Made by a program: the position numbers and the translations under genes
Notes under the pieces: model-generated
What the model was told of the DNA's origin: nothing
The model's database searches: none
What the model saw: only the letters and a program-made list of their open reading frames with translations
Assembly (NCBI GenBank): GCA_963575745.1
Contig: CAUYUJ010000103.1
Location: 186,001-250,000 of the forward strand
Length of the DNA: 64,000 bases
Direction of reading: 5' to 3'
Source: Prorocentrum cordatum
Taxonomy: Eukaryota
In this document: positions 59,320-64,000 of the stretch, in pieces
How the letters are laid out: every line of letters starts with the position of its first letter
How positions within the stretch are numbered: the first letter of the stretch is position 1

Positions 59320-60906
59320 ACGGGCGACCTCGGCAGTTTTCTTGGCGCCTTGGACGGCGCGTCGGCGCGCGAGGCCGGTTGGCTCGAAGCCACGGCGACC
59401 GCGCTCAAGGGCCAAGGTGTGGTGACGATCGCCGATTTAGAGGGCGCGGCATTCGAGGATTTCTCTTTTGCCGACAAGGAGCTCGACGCCGCGCAGAAGC
59501 GCCTCGTGCGCGCGGGGATCGCCGCGGCGAGCGCGCCGGCGCCGGTGGCTGGGGGCTCGGCGGCGGCCGCCCCTCCAGCGCCCTCGGCGGCGGAGAACGC
59601 GGCCGCCCTCTTGGCCGCGCTCAAGACGGGCACCAGCGAGGCGCAAGCGATCTCGACGCGATCTCGGGCTCGCGTGGCCCCGCGCGGCGCGTTCGCAGGA
59701 AAAGCCGGCCCGCGTACTCTTGGGCCCTCTCCTCGGCAAGGCGTCGCTGGCCAACCTCCCGCAAGAGTTCTGGCCCAGGCGCGCTCGCGCGCGCGCTGGT
59801 TCTCGCATCTGGTCCCGTGCGCCGGTAGCTCCGACATGCTTGACGCGTTGAACGCGGAAGTCTTGAAGCGGCAGAAGAAGGAATCCAGCGAGGAAGCGCG
59901 CGTCTTCCTGTACTCGGACATCCGCAAGTGGGTGCCCGAGTGGGCCCGCTCGGGCCCTCGCGATTTCGAAGAGGAGGCTGACGGATCGTCCGGCGCCAGC
60001 AAGGACATTCGTGACCTCGCCAAGGCTCGCGCCGCGCGCGCGTTGCCTGGCCCGCGCGCGGGCGCTCGCCCCGCAGGAAGTGGCGGCGGTGAAGAAAGGG
60101 CCCGAGAAGAAGGCCTACTTAACCCTCTGCCAGTGGCAACTGGCTTGGAACCGGCGCCACCTGCCCGTCGCGCGCCCCCCCCGCGCGCCTGCCTGTTATC
60201 GCGCCGCGCGCGGCAGGTACATGGTCGCGCTGGTCGCCACGGGCCAGCTCACGTGGGCTGAGGTGCAGGCGCATCGCGACAACTGCTTGAAGGTGGCGGT
60301 TCAGGCTGCACGCGCGCGATTTCTCGTCGCTCTCTGTTCGCCGCGCGTTGCCGCGCAGGCGGCGGCCTCGAAGCGCCGCGTGCACCTCGGTATCGTGTGC
60401 GACGAGGAGGCGCGGAAGGCGCGCCCCTGCGTTCGTGCTTGCGCGGCGCCCTGCGTCTGTGCCGGCGCGTGGCAGCTATGGGCCGAGCAGCTACGCTCGG
60501 GGGACCCAGATTTCAAGCTGGGGAAGACGATCCTGCGGGTCGACCCGCGCGCCCTACAGCTGGCGCGGGATGCTTGCGACAAAGAAGACGGCGCCACCCA
60601 CGCGACGGCGAGCGTCGCGCCGCGCGGATTCGCTTCTGCCACCTTTCTCCGCCGTTTCCGCGCGCGCAGGCACCGGCGGCCCGCGCTCCCGAGAAGGCGC
60701 GCGGGGCGGGCGGCGCCAGCCAGCCGTGGCGCGCCGCGCAGAGCTGGAGCAGCGGCTCCTGGGGCAGCGATTGGCCGAAGGGCCAGAAGCGCGAGCGCTC
60801 GTGGGGCAGCGATTGGAAGAAAAAGGACACGAGGCAGGTACGGACGCCGCCGCGCCCGGCGCAGCGCTGAGCGCCGCCCTGGCAGGGCGCGCGCGAGCCC
60901 CCGTAG
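59320..60906 (+). pseudogene. Intron-containing gag-like gene of a DIRS-type element
   Basis: Start reads ACG. GC-AG introns at 59641-59698, 59779-59828, ~60025-60076, 60154-60216, 60305-60358, 60419-60475 and 60608-60669. The spliced product has W.LAW.RY..A....Q......H and DE..R..W helical motifs typical of DIRS ORF1. Confidence 0.65.
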
Positions 60907-61400
60907 GGGTGGGGCCCCTTCAGCCGTCAGAACGGCTCGCGCGCAAAAGCCTGCCTCCGCCCGCGCCGGGTCGGGGCCGTGACCCGGGCGCGCCCGATAG
61001 TTCTACGCTTTGTCGCTAAAAATGGCCCCGTGCGCCGTGCGCAGGACCCCCGCTCGCGTGCTGGGACATGCCGCGTGCGCTGTTGCCGCGGAGGCCGCTT
61101 CGCTTTCCGCGCCGCGCTGCGAGTGCCCGGCTTGGCCGCGGCCAGCCTGGGCGGGGCGCGCGGGGGAGTTCCGCGGGGCAGCGTGCGTTCCGAGGGCGCT
61201 TTTCGGTGCGCTTTGGCGCCTTGTCCACGTCCGCGGTTTGCAATCTTGCGCAGTGCCTGCCGTGCCGGTGCCGCCCCCGCCGCCCGCATCTGGCGCGCGA
61301 AAGCGGGCGGCGCCTGGGGCTGCATGCGTCGTCGCCAAATCTCGCAAGGCGCGCTTTCCCGGCTCTCGGTCGCGCGCGAGCCAGCGGCGCGCGTCAGGTG

Positions 61401-63760
61401 ATGCCGGCGCCGCCAGCGCCACCAGGGCCGCAATTCAGGAGCGATTGGTCTCGGCGTTGCAGCGACAGCGCGTGGCGCGACATCTGCGTCGCGGCCGGCG
61501 GCTGTAGCGGCGGCGACGCGGAGAAACTTACCTTTCTGGCAAGGGCGCTGGACGGCGACCCCGCGCTCTGGGGCAAGTGGCGGCCCGCCGCGGCCTCGGC
61601 TTTGCCGCCCACGGCCGCTGAGGCAGTGCGGTGGGCCGCGCAGACCGCCCCCGCCGACGTGGTGGCTTTCCGCGAGGGCGAACTCGCGGCGCTTCGCGAA
61701 AGGGATCGGGCTCTCCGGGCCAGCGGCGCCGTGGAAGAATGGTTCCGGGGGGTGGGCCCCGCCATGCGGCGCGTCGCACAGCACGTGAACGGGTCTCTCT
61801 GCGCAGAGATCGCGGAGCGCATTGCCTTCTGCGACCCAGGCTGCGTGGCATTCTTCACGACGGGGGCGCCCCTCGTCGGCGAGCTCCCGCGGTCGGGCCA
61901 CGGCAGCCCAGAGGTGTTCCCTCCCCGTCTGGGCATCGCGGAGCTGCTCGGCAACGCCGAGTCGACAAATCGCGACATTTCCTTTGGCCTCCGCGACGGC
62001 GCGCACGGCGACGCCATCCTCCGCAAGACACGGGACGAGGCCGAGCTGGGGCGCATCAGTTGCCCGGTGCCGCTCCGCGACGTGTGCCTGGACGGGGCCG
62101 TCATCGCTCCGAGGTTTGTGGTTGAGCAGCTCCGTGAAGACGGGCCCTCGAAACTCCGGTTGGTCGACGACGTGACCAAGGCTAGGATTAACGAGGCGAC
62201 GCGGCCTCAGGAGCGGCTCCACCACGATGCCGTGGACGCGCTTTTCGAAGCAGCTCGCATCTTCCAGGAAGTTGCGGGGCGGGCACCCGCCCTCTGGAAG
62301 GCAGACATCGACGCTGCCCATTCGCGCTGAGCACCGCCGGTTCGCTTGGATCGTGTTCAGCGCCGCCGGGCAGGTCTGGGCGGCGCAGCACGCGGCAGCG
62401 CCCTTCGGGGCCACGTCGTCGGTGCACAGCTGGGCGCGAGTGGGTGCCTTCATCGCGGAGGCGGCGCGCGTGCTCTTGCGGATCGCCGCGCTGCGATACC
62501 TGGATGATTATTTTGGGCCGGATCACCCCGAAGTGGTGGAGCACGCAGCAGCGCAGCTGGCGGAGCTGATTCAGCTGATGCTCGGCCCAGGCGCGGTGGC
62601 GCCGGACAAGATCGCCTGGGGGCCCCCGCTGGTCATCCTCGGCCTCGAAATCAAGGCGGGGCGGCCTTGGCGCGACGCGCCGGCCGGCCGGCTGTGCGCA
62701 TCGCCAGGTGCTGCCACGCGCGTTCTGCGCGCGTCCCGCACCCGCGAAGACCGCCAAGTGGCAGCGTGTCATCGGCGAGGCGCTCGCGACGCGCGCCCTC
62801 GCGCCAGGCGGCTCGCGCGCCCCCCCTAATGTGTCGGGACCTTGCGTTCGCTGTGCAGGCGCATCGTCCAAGCTGGCCGGGGGCTTGGCCTGGGCAGCGT
62901 CGCATCTCTTCCGCCGCCTGGGGCGCGCCCTCCTCAGGCGCGGCGCTGCCCCCGCGCGCCCGGGGGGGCGGGGCGCTGCGCTTCGTGCTCGCAGGCCGTT
63001 GCACGCGCAATCGCATCGCGGGGAATCGAAGGCCCATGGGCCGTTGATGCTTGCCCTGCAGTGGTGGCGCGAGGTCTTGGCCATGGACTTGTGCCAAGCG
63101 CGGCCGTGGGCCGACAAGGCGCGGCCTCGCGCAACTCTCTTCGCGGACGCGTCGGGCCAACCACCGCGCGTGGCCGCGGTGCTCGTCACCGCCACGGGCG
63201 TCCGTTTCAATTCCATGGTCGTCCCGGATTCCTTGATGGCGTCGTCCCAGCGTCGCCGGGACAACCAGATTCAGGGGCTGGAGCTCCTGTCTATCGCGCT
63301 GGGCATGTGCACCTTTGCAGGCATTGCTTTCGCGTGCGACTGCCCGCGCCGGCGGGCAGGTCCGGCCCCTCGTCTTCGCTGCGCTCAGGGGAAGTGCAAG
63401 GTTGCGACTTGCATATTTACAGCGACAATACCGGCGCGGAGTCTTGCCTGCGGAAGGGCGCCGCGAAATCCTTCGACCACTCGTGCATCGTCCACTCCAT
63501 GTGGAGGCGCGCGGTGGAGCTCGACGTTGACCTCGCGGTTTTCCGCGTGCCCACGGCTGAGAATCTGGCCGATTTGCCTTCTCGGCGCGCCCGTGCGCGC
63601 CGCGCGGTGCTGCGGGCTGGCCGCGGGCGCAGCGTGTCGCAGGGGGGGCGACGAACTCCTGCTACGCATCGGCGCGGTGCGCACGCGCCCGTGGCTCGAC
63701 GAAGAATTCTGGCACGTGGGTGCCTGGGGCGCTCTCTCTGCGGCCCGCCTCTTCGGCTAA
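61401..63760 (+). mobile_element. Intron-containing DIRS-type reverse transcriptase / RNase H gene
   Basis: RFVVEQ..KLRLVDD, WKADIDAA, PFGATSSV, YLDD, ILG. RNase H: ADAS, NQIQGLELL, SDN, NLADLPSR. Five GC-AG introns (62656-62707, 62808-62858, 62938-62994, 63321-63388, 63585-63642) and one frameshifting deletion at ~62318. Confidence 0.88.
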
Positions 63761-64000
63761 ACCGCGCGCCATGTCGCGCCCGGGCGCCATCTTGTGCGTC
63801 GGGGCGTCGCGATGCTTAAGTTTGGGCGCGGCAAAGCGTTCGGCGCGCCGCCGCGCTTGTCATCCTAGGGTCCCGCGTTTTGTCGCAAGCGGAGTGCACG
63901 CGGCCAGTGCCTCGGGCGCGTCGCTCGCATTGTCAGGCGCGCCGCGCGGCATCATGTCGTTATTCCTTGAATTGTGTTCCTTGCGCCCGACAGCGCCCAG

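Noticed and set aside
60927..62453. 508-aa antisense ORF over the RT gene
   Set aside because: Shadow frame of GC-rich coding sequence; no YR catalytic motifs recognised.

Overview
GC-rich, repeat-dense eukaryotic DNA. GC-AG introns, AG|G junctions and very large repeat-filled introns suggest a dinoflagellate (inferred). (1) A 5'-partial host gene for a DUF1499-like protein is spread over six small exons (49-23047, +). Its 8.1 kb and 13.3 kb introns are filled with satellites and non-autonomous elements. (2) A decayed RLE-type (CRE/R2-like) non-LTR retrotransposon has a ~1.08 kb tandem duplication of its 3' end. (3) Two tail-to-tail APE/RT/RNase H LINEs are present; one has a ~213-aa in-frame insert inside RNase H. 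(4) There is a decayed LTR gag fragment and a possible HUH-Rep fragment. (5) A ~1240-aa intronless minus-strand ORF, broken only by dinucleotide-run indels, has a possible SET-like C-terminus. (6) The most notable feature is a DIRS-type gag plus RT/RNase H module (59320-63760) with at least 11 short (50-68 nt) GC-AG spliceosomal introns and no tyrosine recombinase in the window. All family assignments come from motif recognition by eye, not database searches.
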